Shown here in pieces: positions 39,958-48,365 of a DNA stretch of 50,386 nucleotides (position 1 is its first letter; each line of letters begins with the position of its first letter). The translations under genes and the position numbers were made by a program. Below the pieces are notes generated by a model that was not told where the DNA came from, searched no databases, and worked only from the letters and a program-made list of their open reading frames with translations. This stretch comes from Candidatus Omnitrophota bacterium (GTDB lineage: Bacteria; Omnitrophota; Gorgyraeia; Pluralincolimonadales; Pluralincolimonadaceae). The stretch lies in assembly GCA_903889135.1 (NCBI GenBank), contig CAISWF010000161.1:1-50386 (forward strand), in the 5' to 3' direction.

Positions 39958-41474
39958 AGATCAAAAGATTGGTGGTCCTGCGCAGGATCTCTCAGGTGTT
40001 TTTTTTACTTCTTTTCGTTTACGTGCTGTGGTCCACGACGTACCCGCTTAACGGCCCCGTCTCTCCCCAGCTGTTGTTCAAGATCGACCCGCTTATCATG
40101 ATATTTATTTCTATAAGCGAAAAGATATTGCTGCCGGGCCTGATATTTGCCGCCGTAATGCTCGCGCTCACCTTAATATTCGGAAGATTTTTTTGCGGGT
40201 GGATGTGTCCGTTGGGAGCGGCCATCGATGCCTCAGGCCATTTCCGTAAAAGAAGCAAGAAGAGGACGGGGGAAGTAGACGCAGTAAATGCAAAAGCCAG
40301 GAAACCGAAATTCATCCTGCTCCTCCTGATAGCGGTATTCGCGCTCGCCGGTCTGCAGCTGGCCTGGGTCTTCGATCCCCTGGTCATCTTCACGAGATTC
40401 GTTTCACTTGACCTGATACCCGCGGTCACATTCGCGGCGGACAAGGGATTCGCGTGGCTTATTTCGACCTTCAACCTGCATGGGGCGGTTTATGACTTCT
40501 ACCGCTCGTTGAAATCGTCTGCGCTCGGTATGAATGTCTATTTCTTTTCGCACGCTTTCCCCATTTTTATATATTTCGCCGCGGTCTGCGGGCTGGCGCT
40601 TTTTATTCCGCGCCTCTGGTGCAGGTCGCTCTGTCCGTTGGGCGCGATATACGCGATGACCGCGAAGGCGGCGCTTTTGGGGCGGACGACCAAAGAATGT
40701 AAAAACTGTAAAAAATGCAAAAGCATCTGCCGGATGGGCGCCATAAGGGACGATTCAAGTTACTCTAAAGGCGAGTGCGTCCTTTGCATGGATTGCGTTT
40801 ACGACTGCCCCGTTAACATCGCCCGTTTCGAGTGGCCCTTCGGCTTCGCTCAGGGCGGGGCCGTGGCCGCGCCGGGGCATAGGGAGGGGATAACCAGGCG
40901 GGATTTCCTGCTCCTCTCGGGCTTGGCCGTTTCTTCCGTGGGTTTTAAGTTCGGTCCGCTGATCTTCCGGAAAAAGAGAAGCGTCATAAGGCCGCCGGCC
41001 GCGCTTGAAGAGAATGAATTCATAAACCGCTGTATCAGGTGCGGCAACTGCATGAAGGTCTGCCCGACGAACGGCCTCCAGCCGGTCTCTTTCCAGTCGG
41101 GGATAGAGGGGGTCTGGACGCCGCAGCTCATCCCGGAGATAGGATATTGCGAATATAACTGCACGCTCTGCGGCAGGACCTGTCCGACCGGCGCCATTCG
41201 CAGCGTCTCGATGGAAGCGAAGCACGACACGCGGCTCGGGCTCGCGGCGGTCGACCGTTCGATATGCATCGCCTGGGCAGAGAACAAGCAATGCGTCGTC
41301 TGCGAGGAACATTGTCCGGTGGCCGACAAGGCCATAAAATTAAAGAAAGATATCGTTGATGGCAGGGAAGTGTTAAAGCCGCTTGTCGACGGGGACCTTT
41401 GCGTCGGATGCGGGACCTGCCAGAACAAATGCCCGGTCCGCCCGGTTAGGGCGATAAGGGTAACTCCTTTTTGA
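39954..41474 (+). CDS. Membrane polyferredoxin: NapH-like N-terminal half fused to NapG-like 4x[4Fe-4S] half
   Basis: TM helices with two CxxxCP motifs (FFCGWMCPLGA; LWCRSLCPLGA). Six Fe-S cysteine clusters: CKNCKKCKSIC, CVLCMDCVYDCP, CIRCGNCMKVCP, CTLCGRTCP, CVVCEEHCP, CVGCGTCQNKCP. Internal ITRRDFLLLSGLAV. ATGA overlap with the DUF362 gene. Confidence 0.8.
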   Translation: MKIKRLVVLRRISQVFFLLLFVYVLWSTTYPLNGPVSPQLLFKIDPLIMIFISISEKILLPGLIFAAVMLALTLIFGRFFCGWMCPLGAAIDASGHFRKRSKKRTGEVDAVNAKARKPKFILLLLIAVFALAGLQLAWVFDPLVIFTRFVSLDLIPAVTFAADKGFAWLISTFNLHGAVYDFYRSLKSSALGMNVYFFSHAFPIFIYFAAVCGLALFIPRLWCRSLCPLGAIYAMTAKAALLGRTTKECKNCKKCKSICRMGAIRDDSSYSKGECVLCMDCVYDCPVNIARFEWPFGFAQGGAVAAPGHREGITRRDFLLLSGLAVSSVGFKFGPLIFRKKRSVIRPPAALEENEFINRCIRCGNCMKVCPTNGLQPVSFQSGIEGVWTPQLIPEIGYCEYNCTLCGRTCPTGAIRSVSMEAKHDTRLGLAAVDRSICIAWAENKQCVVCEEHCPVADKAIKLKKDIVDGREVLKPLVDGDLCVGCGTCQNKCPVRPVRAIRVTPF

Positions 41475-41500
41475 CAAACAGGCATCAAATGTGGAATAAT
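41471..41500 (+). promoter_or_regulatory. Candidate promoter of the TolC-HlyD-MFS genes
   Basis: TTGACA (41471-41476, overlapping the upstream TGA), 18 nt, TGgAATAAT (AATAAT 41495-41500). ATG at 41508 with no Shine-Dalgarno. Confidence 0.4.
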
Positions 41501-41507
41501 ATACATA

Positions 41508-42848
41508 ATGACAAAAAGAATTACCGCAATATTCATAATATTTTTACTGGCCCTTCCCATAGCCGCGGCCGATGGGACGAATGCGCCGCGGTTGATAACG
41601 ATCCGCGACGGCATAAAGAAGGTCCTTGAGGACAGCCATCTGGTGAAGATCTCGGAGGCGAACAAGGAGATCTCGGCGCAGGAGGTCTCGATGGCCCGGT
41701 CGCCGCTATTGCCGCAGGTCAATGCTTCATTCAGCGAGACGTTCTTGAACCACCAGCCGACCGCGAAATTCGGGATATTGAATGTGCCTACCGCGGACAG
41801 GAATTTCTTTTCGCTCGGCGCGGACGTATACCAGACCATATTTGATTTCGGAAAGAGCTATTATGGTTATAAGGCCTCAAAGGCCCTGCTGGATTCCAGC
41901 GTCACGGATATAGGCAGGATAAAGAACATCGCCGTACTTGAGTTTATCATCACATATTTTGATTGCCTTGACTCGGAAAAGATGGTCGCCGTGAACCAGA
42001 GCGAGATCGACAGCATCTCTTCATATCTGAAGGATGTCCAGACGATGTACGACGAGGGCGCCGCGGTAAAGAACGACCTGCTATCCGCCGAGGTCAGGCT
42101 TTCCGACGCGCAGCAGAGGCTTATCACCGCGCGCAACCTCAAGGACAATGTCGCGGCAAAATTGTGCAACATCCTCGTGATACCGATGGAGGAATCCATC
42201 GCGGTCAGCGAGTTCGATATGGCGCCTCCGGAGATACCCGCGCTGGACCATTCCTACAGGACCGCTGAAGAGCAGAGGCCGGAGATAAAGATAGTCGATG
42301 ACCAGATAAGGGCGACATCCCTCTTCGAGAAGAGTAACCGGGCGAAGAATTATCCGGAGCTGTTCGCCGACGGCGGTTATTCCATGACGCAGAACAGGTA
42401 TATGGTCCACGACGACGCGCTGGCCTTTACCCTCGGCGTCAAGGTCAACGCCTTCGACGGGGGCCTCGCCAAGGCCGAGGCCGACAGGGAGCGCTTCAGG
42501 CGCGCGCAGCTCGAGGAGGAGAGGAAGAAACTGGTCGACGACGTCAAGCTTGAGGTCAAGGACAGTTTTAACAACCTTAATGACGCCGCCGAAAAAGTGA
42601 AGGTCACCAAAGAGGCGGTAGCGCAGGCAGAGGAGAACGTCCGGCTTTACCGCGAGAAATATGCCGACGGCAGCGCCACTTCCACCGAAGTGCTCGATTC
42701 GATAACAATGCAGAAGAACGCCCAGACGAACTATTACAGGGCCGATTACGAACTCAAGAGGAGTTACGCGAGGCTGATGTATTCGATGGGCATCAACATG
42801 GCGATGATATACGAAAAAATGGAGAATACCCGTAATGGCGCAGAATAA
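41508..42848 (+). CDS. TolC family outer membrane efflux protein
   Basis: Signal peptide MTKRITAIFIIFLLALPIAAA. Two-repeat coiled/beta architecture with typical ...YDEGAAVKNDLLSAEVRLSDAQQ... and ...YADGSATSTEVLDS... blocks. Confidence 0.85.
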   Translation: MTKRITAIFIIFLLALPIAAADGTNAPRLITIRDGIKKVLEDSHLVKISEANKEISAQEVSMARSPLLPQVNASFSETFLNHQPTAKFGILNVPTADRNFFSLGADVYQTIFDFGKSYYGYKASKALLDSSVTDIGRIKNIAVLEFIITYFDCLDSEKMVAVNQSEIDSISSYLKDVQTMYDEGAAVKNDLLSAEVRLSDAQQRLITARNLKDNVAAKLCNILVIPMEESIAVSEFDMAPPEIPALDHSYRTAEEQRPEIKIVDDQIRATSLFEKSNRAKNYPELFADGGYSMTQNRYMVHDDALAFTLGVKVNAFDGGLAKAEADRERFRRAQLEEERKKLVDDVKLEVKDSFNNLNDAAEKVKVTKEAVAQAEENVRLYREKYADGSATSTEVLDSITMQKNAQTNYYRADYELKRSYARLMYSMGINMAMIYEKMENTRNGAE

Positions 42849-43824
42849 CAGGAAACATAAATTACTGATCGTGATACTGGTCCTCGCGACGATGGGGATA
42901 ACGCTCGGCGTCATCCATACGGTGACCAGCTTCGGGCGCGTCACTACCGACGACGCGTACATCGACGGCCGCGTCCACCAGGTCGCGTTCAAGATCCCGG
43001 GCACGGTCCTTGACCTGCATGTCGATGATAACCGGGATGTCAAAAAAGGCGACCTGCTCATCGAGCTTGACCCGGCGGATTACGAGCTTAAGGTGCACGA
43101 GGCCGGCTCGGCGGTAGATGCCGAGAAGTCGCGGCTTGCCGACGCAGAGGCCGGGATAAAGACGGCGGCGGCGAATCTCGCCATCCAACAGGTTACCCTC
43201 AACCAGGCCCAATTAGACATGGACAGGGGCGAAAAACTTTTCCAGAAGGAAGTCATAACGAAAGAACGCCACGAGAAGATCTCGACCGCGCTCGAACTCG
43301 CGAAGGCGCAGCTGGTGGCGGCCGATGAACAGCTTTCGAAGTCGAAAGCTGTAAGGGATCTTGAAGAATCCCTAATCAAGCAGAAGCAAGCGTCTTTGGA
43401 TATAGCCCAGCTCAGCCTGAGCTATACCAAATTGTATTCGAGTTCGGACGGGTATGTGACGAAAAGGTCCGTCGAGGTCGGCAACCAGGTGCAGGCGGGC
43501 CAGCCGCTCATGGCGGTGGTGGACCTCGGCGATATCTGGCTCGTCGCGAACTATAAAGAGACCCAGCTTGAAAGAGTAAAGGCCGGGCAGGACGTCACCA
43601 TACAGATAGATACTTATCCCGGGAAGGTATTCAAGGGCAAGGTCGACAGCGTTATGGCAGGGACAGGCGCGGCATTTTCCCTGTTCCCGGCTGAAAACGC
43701 GCTGGGTAATTATGTCAAGGTGGTGCAGAGGGTCCCCGTGAAGATAACCTTCGATAAAGACTGGGGTGCGAACCGCCAGTTGCGTGTCGGCATGTCCTGC
43801 ATGCCGACCATCATCACCAAATGA
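42835..43824 (+). CDS. HlyD/EmrA-type membrane fusion protein
   Basis: N-terminal TM anchor. Lipoyl-like VKKGDLLIELDPADY. Long coiled coil. GYVTKRSVEVGNQVQAGQPLMAVV. QRVPVKI. Confidence 0.88.
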   Translation: MAQNNRKHKLLIVILVLATMGITLGVIHTVTSFGRVTTDDAYIDGRVHQVAFKIPGTVLDLHVDDNRDVKKGDLLIELDPADYELKVHEAGSAVDAEKSRLADAEAGIKTAAANLAIQQVTLNQAQLDMDRGEKLFQKEVITKERHEKISTALELAKAQLVAADEQLSKSKAVRDLEESLIKQKQASLDIAQLSLSYTKLYSSSDGYVTKRSVEVGNQVQAGQPLMAVVDLGDIWLVANYKETQLERVKAGQDVTIQIDTYPGKVFKGKVDSVMAGTGAAFSLFPAENALGNYVKVVQRVPVKITFDKDWGANRQLRVGMSCMPTIITK

Positions 43825-45353
43825 GCAGATGGATCATCGCTTTAACGGTCATCCTCCCGACCCTTCTCGAGGTCATTGATACTTCCGTAGTAAACGTTTC
43901 GCTCGACCATATCAGGGGAAGCCTTTCGGCGGGGATCGATGAGGCGACGTGGACGATCACCGCCTACCTGGTCGCGAACGCCATAATAATCCCGATGACC
44001 GGATGGTTGAGCAGGCTCTTCGGCAGGAAACGCTACCTGATGTTTTCGGTAACTTTATTTACTTTAGCCTCTTTTTTGTGCGGGAGCGCGCATAGCCTCT
44101 CCCAACTCGTTTTTTACAGGATACTTCAGGGGATAGGAGGAGGCGGGCTCCAACCGCTTTCGCAGGCGATACTGCTGGAGACATTCCCGCCCATCATGCA
44201 CGGCACTGCTATGGCGGTCTACGGAATAGGTATCCTGGTCGGCCCGATCATAGGGCCTGTCCTCGGAGGATGGATAACCGATAACTGGTCATGGCCGTGG
44301 ATATTTTACATAAACATACCGATCGGGCTGCTTTCCATTATAATGACGATGTTCTTTATAACCGACCCGCCGTATCTCAAGAGGGTGAACATAAAAGAAA
44401 AGATAGATTATTGGGGACTTAGTTTAATAGTCATCGGCATCGGGTGCCTCCAGGTCGTCCTCGATAAAGGAGAGCGCGAGGATTGGTTCTCATCGGATTT
44501 TATAACGAGACTTTCCATAATATCGGTTGTTGCCCTCATAGCGTTCGTCATAGCCGAGCTCAGGGCTAAGGATCCGATATTGAACCTGAGGGCGTTAAAG
44601 AACGCCGCCTTCGCGAGCGCGAACATGATACAGTTTATCGCCTTCTTTTCGCTCTTCGGAAGCATTATCCTATTGCCGATATTTGTCCAGCAACTTTTGG
44701 GATATACCTCTTTTCTCGCCGGGATGGTCCTCGCGCCCGGAGGCGTGGCGACACTTTTGTTGATGCCTATAGTGGGGCTGGCGGTCACCCGGATCAACCC
44801 CAAGGCGATCCTGATCTGCGGGATCACCACGATGGCGTATTCAATGTTCATGATGACGCAGTTCAATTTGTCCGTAGATTATGATATCGTCGCCTGGTCG
44901 CGCATAATAATGGGGGTTGGGATGGGCATGATAATGGTCCCGCTGATGACGATGGCCTTCGCGACCGTAAAGAAGGAAGAGATGGCTAACGCCACCAGCA
45001 TATTCAGCCTGGTAAGGAACATCGCCGGAAGTTTCGGCGTCGCGATAATGACCACTATCCTGGCCAGGAGGGTGCAGTTCCACCAGGCGCGCTTATCCGA
45101 ACAAGCCAATCCTTACGACACGCATTACCAGTTGGGTCTGAATAAGGCGATGGCCGTCCTGGGGCCGAAAGCGGGGGCGGTCTCGGAACACGCCGCCAGC
45201 GGCCTCATATTCCAGGAGATGATGAGGCAGGCTAACCTCTTTTCGTTTAACGACGCTTTCCACATCGCCTCGATAATGATGATATGCGTCGTCCCTCTCG
45301 TCTTCCTGCTCAAGCGGCCGAGGCACGACGTCCCCGCCGCGGCAGTCCATTAG
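43821..45353 (+). CDS. MFS DHA2 (EmrB/QacA-type, 14-TMS) efflux transporter
   Basis: LEVIDTSVVNVSL, motif A GWLSRLFGRKR, RILQGIGGGGL, ~14 hydrophobic segments. ATGA overlap with the MFP gene. Confidence 0.9.
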   Translation: MSRWIIALTVILPTLLEVIDTSVVNVSLDHIRGSLSAGIDEATWTITAYLVANAIIIPMTGWLSRLFGRKRYLMFSVTLFTLASFLCGSAHSLSQLVFYRILQGIGGGGLQPLSQAILLETFPPIMHGTAMAVYGIGILVGPIIGPVLGGWITDNWSWPWIFYINIPIGLLSIIMTMFFITDPPYLKRVNIKEKIDYWGLSLIVIGIGCLQVVLDKGEREDWFSSDFITRLSIISVVALIAFVIAELRAKDPILNLRALKNAAFASANMIQFIAFFSLFGSIILLPIFVQQLLGYTSFLAGMVLAPGGVATLLLMPIVGLAVTRINPKAILICGITTMAYSMFMMTQFNLSVDYDIVAWSRIIMGVGMGMIMVPLMTMAFATVKKEEMANATSIFSLVRNIAGSFGVAIMTTILARRVQFHQARLSEQANPYDTHYQLGLNKAMAVLGPKAGAVSEHAASGLIFQEMMRQANLFSFNDAFHIASIMMICVVPLVFLLKRPRHDVPAAAVH

Positions 45354-45419
45354 CGCGGCAAATATATAAGTAGCGCGTAATAGTCGTTTGTGATACGTTA
45401 TTATTTCAGGAGGGTTGTA

Positions 45420-46541
45420 ATGTTCAGCCAAAAAAATGACCCAAAACAAACCCCTACCGGCCTTATAACGGCGATAGTGTCTAACGCGATAAGGTCGCGG
45501 GCTTCCGATATACACTGGGAGCCGTACCGCGACAAAAGCGAAGAGGGCACCCTGGTGCGTTTCAGGGTAGACGGGATATTGCGCGACATAGAAAAGATAA
45601 GCGGCAAGACAAACCAGGGTCTTGTCGTGAACGCGATAAAAGTCATGACCACCATAGACCCGACCAGGAAAAGAATAAGCCAGGACGGGCGTTTCGACAT
45701 TCTTATCGGCGAAGCGACATACGACATAAGAGTTTCGATAATGCCCACGATAACGGGCGAGAAGATCGTAATGCGCATAACTAACAAGAACGCTTTTTGC
45801 CTGCCGATATCCGAACTGGGGATGAAAGGGCGGCAATTGGAGCTTTTCAAGTCGCTTATAAATAAACCCGAAGGATTTGTCCTCATCACGGGCCCGGCCG
45901 GTTCGGGTAAGACCACAACCCTTTATTCTATCCTTGCGAACCTCTACAAGAGGGAAATAAACATATGCACCATAGAGGATCCCGTAGAGGTCAAGTTCAA
46001 TGGCATAAACCAGATACAGGTTGATCACGAATTTGGCATGACTTTCGTGGCGGGCCTGAGGGCGATAATGAGGCAGGACCCGAATATAATCGCGGTGGGC
46101 GAGATAAGGGACGTCGAGACGGTCCGTACGGCGTTCCAGGCTTCCCTGGTGGGCTCGATGGTATTTTCTACGCTGCACGCGAAGGACACGATAAATACGA
46201 TCACAAGGCTTCTTGATATGGGCATAGAACCCTTTTTTATATCGGCCGCCCTCGGAGGCGTTGTTTCGCAAAGGCTTGTAAGGCTGTTATGCGTAAATTG
46301 CCACGGACGGGGATGCATAGAATGCCACAACATGGGCTTCATAAAAAGGATAGGCATTTTCGAAGTGCTTAAAATGACTGAAAGGCTGAGGCAGATGGTC
46401 CTCAGGAGGACTACTGCGGATGAATTAAGGGCTGCCGCGGTAGAAGAAGGCATGTTCACGTTTGCGGAGTCCGTGGCACCGCTGATAAGCCAGGGCGTTA
46501 CGACAAAAGATGAGGTAGACAGCATACTCACATTAGACTAG
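45420..46541 (+). CDS. Short GspE/PilB-family type IV filament ATPase (N2 + C-terminal domains only)
   Basis: SDIHWEP, RFRVDGIL, Walker A TGPAGSGKTTT, TIEDPVE, Walker B/Asp box IIAVGEIRD, His box STLHA, tetracysteine CVNCHGRGCIEC. Start at ATG 45420, 6 nt after AGGAGG. Confidence 0.82.
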   Translation: MFSQKNDPKQTPTGLITAIVSNAIRSRASDIHWEPYRDKSEEGTLVRFRVDGILRDIEKISGKTNQGLVVNAIKVMTTIDPTRKRISQDGRFDILIGEATYDIRVSIMPTITGEKIVMRITNKNAFCLPISELGMKGRQLELFKSLINKPEGFVLITGPAGSGKTTTLYSILANLYKREINICTIEDPVEVKFNGINQIQVDHEFGMTFVAGLRAIMRQDPNIIAVGEIRDVETVRTAFQASLVGSMVFSTLHAKDTINTITRLLDMGIEPFFISAALGGVVSQRLVRLLCVNCHGRGCIECHNMGFIKRIGIFEVLKMTERLRQMVLRRTTADELRAAAVEEGMFTFAESVAPLISQGVTTKDEVDSILTLD

Positions 46542-46578
46542 AGATGCGATATTTTCCTTGTGATGCCCGTCTTTTATC

Positions 46579-46607
46579 TTGCCAAAAACCCCTTAAAATA
46601 GTATCAT
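46579..46607 (+). promoter_or_regulatory. Candidate promoter for the tRNA pair
   Basis: TTGCCA (46579-46584), 17 nt, TATCAT (46602-46607), ~27 nt before the first tRNA. Confidence 0.4.
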
Positions 46608-46633
46608 AGTTATTCGCTTTTCGTGAATCTACC

Positions 46634-46710
46634 GGGCCCATAGCTCAGTTGGTTAGAGCAGCTGACTCATAATCAGCGGGTCATAGGTTCAAGTCCTATT
46701 GGGCCCACCA
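46634..46710 (+). tRNA. tRNA with CAT anticodon (elongator Met or lysidine-modified Ile2), CCA encoded
   Basis: Cloverleaf folded by hand: GGGCCCA/TGGGCCC acceptor, GCTC-AGTTGGTTA-GAGC D arm, GCTGA-CTCATAA-TCAGC anticodon arm, ATAGG-TTCAAGT-CCTAT T arm, ACCA. It lacks the initiator features: no 1:72 mismatch and no GGG/CCC anticodon stem. Confidence 0.93.
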
Positions 46711-46734
46711 TTTATTCACCAGTGAGCTATAGAC

Positions 46735-46811
46735 GGGCGATTGGCTCAGTTGGTTAGAGCGCCACATTCACATTGTGGAGGTCAAAGGTTCGAATCCTTT
46801 ATCGCCCACCA
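46735..46811 (+). tRNA. tRNA-Val (CAC), CCA encoded
   Basis: GGGCGAT/ATCGCCC acceptor, GCTC-AGTTGGTTA-GAGC, CCACA-TTCACAT-TGTGG (anticodon CAC), AAAGG-TTCGAAT-CCTTT, ACCA. Confidence 0.93.
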
Positions 46812-46841
46812 TAGCCGCTTTACCGAACGCAGAAAGGCAAA

Positions 46842-47573
46842 ATGCAGAAGGTAAACGTCGAAGAACAGCTAGCCCATCTCATCAAATTGCAGGCCCTTGA
46901 CAGGCGGCTCTATAGCCTGCGCCGGGACAGGCAAGCCAAGCCTAAATTAATAGAGGACTTGGAGAGGCGCCGCAATGAAGAGCAGGCCGCGGTAAAGGCG
47001 ATCGAGGAGAAGATCAAGGCCAGCCAGCTCAAGCGCAAGCAGCGCGAGCTTGATCTCCAGTCTAAAGAAGACGGCATAAAGAAACTCCAGACCCAGCTCT
47101 ACCAGCTCAAGACGAACAAGGAATATCTGACGATGCAGCAGGAGATATCCGGGCAAAAGGCCGACGACTCGCGCATCGAGGACGAGATACTGGTATTGAT
47201 GGAAGAGGCGGATAACCTTAACAAGGATCTCGGAAAAGAAAAAGCGCTCTTCGCCGACGCCGAGAAACACCTGAACGAGGACAAGAAGAAGATAGAGGTT
47301 GAGATCGCATCGCTCGACGGCGAGATCTCAACCCTCGACGCGCAGCGCAAGGAGATAACCGCGCTGGTCGATGTGAAAGTCCTCGCCCATTACGAGAAGG
47401 TCCTCACCGGCAGGGACGGGGTCGCGCTGGCCGCGGTGAAGGGAAAGTCGTGCCAGGGCTGTTTCATGAACCTCCCCCCGCAGGTCATAAACGAGATAAA
47501 GATGAAAGACAAGATGATCACCTGCGATAGCTGCGCGCGGATCCTTTATATTGAGAACGAGGAAGATGCGTAA
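46842..47573 (+). CDS. Coiled-coil protein with C-terminal C4 zinc ribbon (COG1579-like)
   Basis: LIKLQALDRRLYSLRR... long heptad-rich region, ending CQGCFMNLPPQ...ITCDSCARILY. Confidence 0.7.
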   Translation: MQKVNVEEQLAHLIKLQALDRRLYSLRRDRQAKPKLIEDLERRRNEEQAAVKAIEEKIKASQLKRKQRELDLQSKEDGIKKLQTQLYQLKTNKEYLTMQQEISGQKADDSRIEDEILVLMEEADNLNKDLGKEKALFADAEKHLNEDKKKIEVEIASLDGEISTLDAQRKEITALVDVKVLAHYEKVLTGRDGVALAAVKGKSCQGCFMNLPPQVINEIKMKDKMITCDSCARILYIENEEDA

Positions 47574-47979
47574 AAGCCTGACCATATTCACCGATGGGGC
47601 GTGCCACGGCAATCCCGGGCCGTCCGGTGTCGGCGCGGTCATTCTCAATGATAAAGGCGAGACGATAAAGAATATCTCGGAATATATCGGCGAGACGACG
47701 AATAACGTCGCGGAGTATATGGCGCTGATATACGGTCTCCAGGAGGCCTTGATTTTGAGGGCCGGCGAGGTTATAATTAATACGGATTCAGAGCTTCTCG
47801 CGAAGCAGTTGAAAAAGGAATACAAGATAAAAGACCCCGGCCTCAAGATACTTTACAGGCAGATCATGCATTTACTGGGCGGGTTCGATAAGTACGAAGT
47901 AAGGCATATAGATCGCTCCCAGAATAAAGGGGCGGATAAGTTAGCTAATAAAGCGGTAGGGCAGGAATCGCTCTTTTAG
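47566..47979 (+). CDS. rnhA: Ribonuclease HI family protein
   Basis: LTIFTDGACHGNPGPSGVGAVI, NNVAEYMALIYGLQEA, INTDSELL, NKGADKLAN (DEDD catalytic pattern). Start at ATG 47566, overlapping the upstream stop. Confidence 0.88.
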   Translation: MRKSLTIFTDGACHGNPGPSGVGAVILNDKGETIKNISEYIGETTNNVAEYMALIYGLQEALILRAGEVIINTDSELLAKQLKKEYKIKDPGLKILYRQIMHLLGGFDKYEVRHIDRSQNKGADKLANKAVGQESLF

Positions 47980-47989
47980 AATGACTGAT

Positions 47990-48344
47990 TTGGGCAAGCC
48001 GGATGGCCGCTCCCGGAAACGGGGGAGGAAAGTCCGAGCTCCATAGAGCAGCGTAGCGGGTAATACCCGTCGTCCGTAAGGGCAGGATTAGAGCCACAGT
48101 GACGAACAATCCCAGTCGGGAGGCCTGACGGCCTCAACGCCGGGAAGAAGTGAAACGCGGCAATCTCTACGCGGAGCAAGGCCAAATAGGCGCATCTTTC
48201 GGGGTTGCTCGCTCCGATCCCCGCAAGGGGTGGATGCGCGGGTTGGCCGCTTGAGCCCGGCGGCGACGCCGGGACTAGATGGATGGCCGTCATCCTTGTA
48301 TTTAAACGCAGGGAGACAAAACTCGGCTTACAGGCTTGCCCGAT
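47990..48344 (+). ncRNA. rnpB: RNase P RNA, bacterial type A
   Basis: GGAGGAAAGTCCGAGCTCCATAGAGCAG, GGAGCAAGGCCAAATAGG, GCTTGAGCC, CTAGATGGATGGCCGTC, ACAAAACTCGGCTTACAGG. The P1 helix GGGCAAGCC (47992-48000) pairs with GGCTTGCCC (48333-48341). Followed by T7 (48344-48350). Confidence 0.95.
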
Positions 48345-48365
48345 TTTTTTAAAAAGGAAGTGCCG

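Noticed and set aside
40850-43061. Antisense ORFs of 329 aa (40850-41839) and 326 aa (42081-43061) opposite the polyferredoxin and TolC/HlyD genes
   Set aside because: The reasoning is the same: they are shadow frames opposite confidently assigned genes.
45093-46271. 392-aa antisense ORF spanning the MFS gene end, the intergenic region and most of the PilB-like gene
   Set aside because: Its translation is Arg/Tyr/His-rich without motifs. The sense strand carries Walker A/B and MFS motifs and a strong SD at 45408.
46542-46841. tRNA pair as an integration hotspot for a genomic island or prophage
   Set aside because: There is no integrase, no direct repeat of a tRNA 3' end, and no compositional anomaly around the tRNAs. 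The flanking genes are housekeeping genes.
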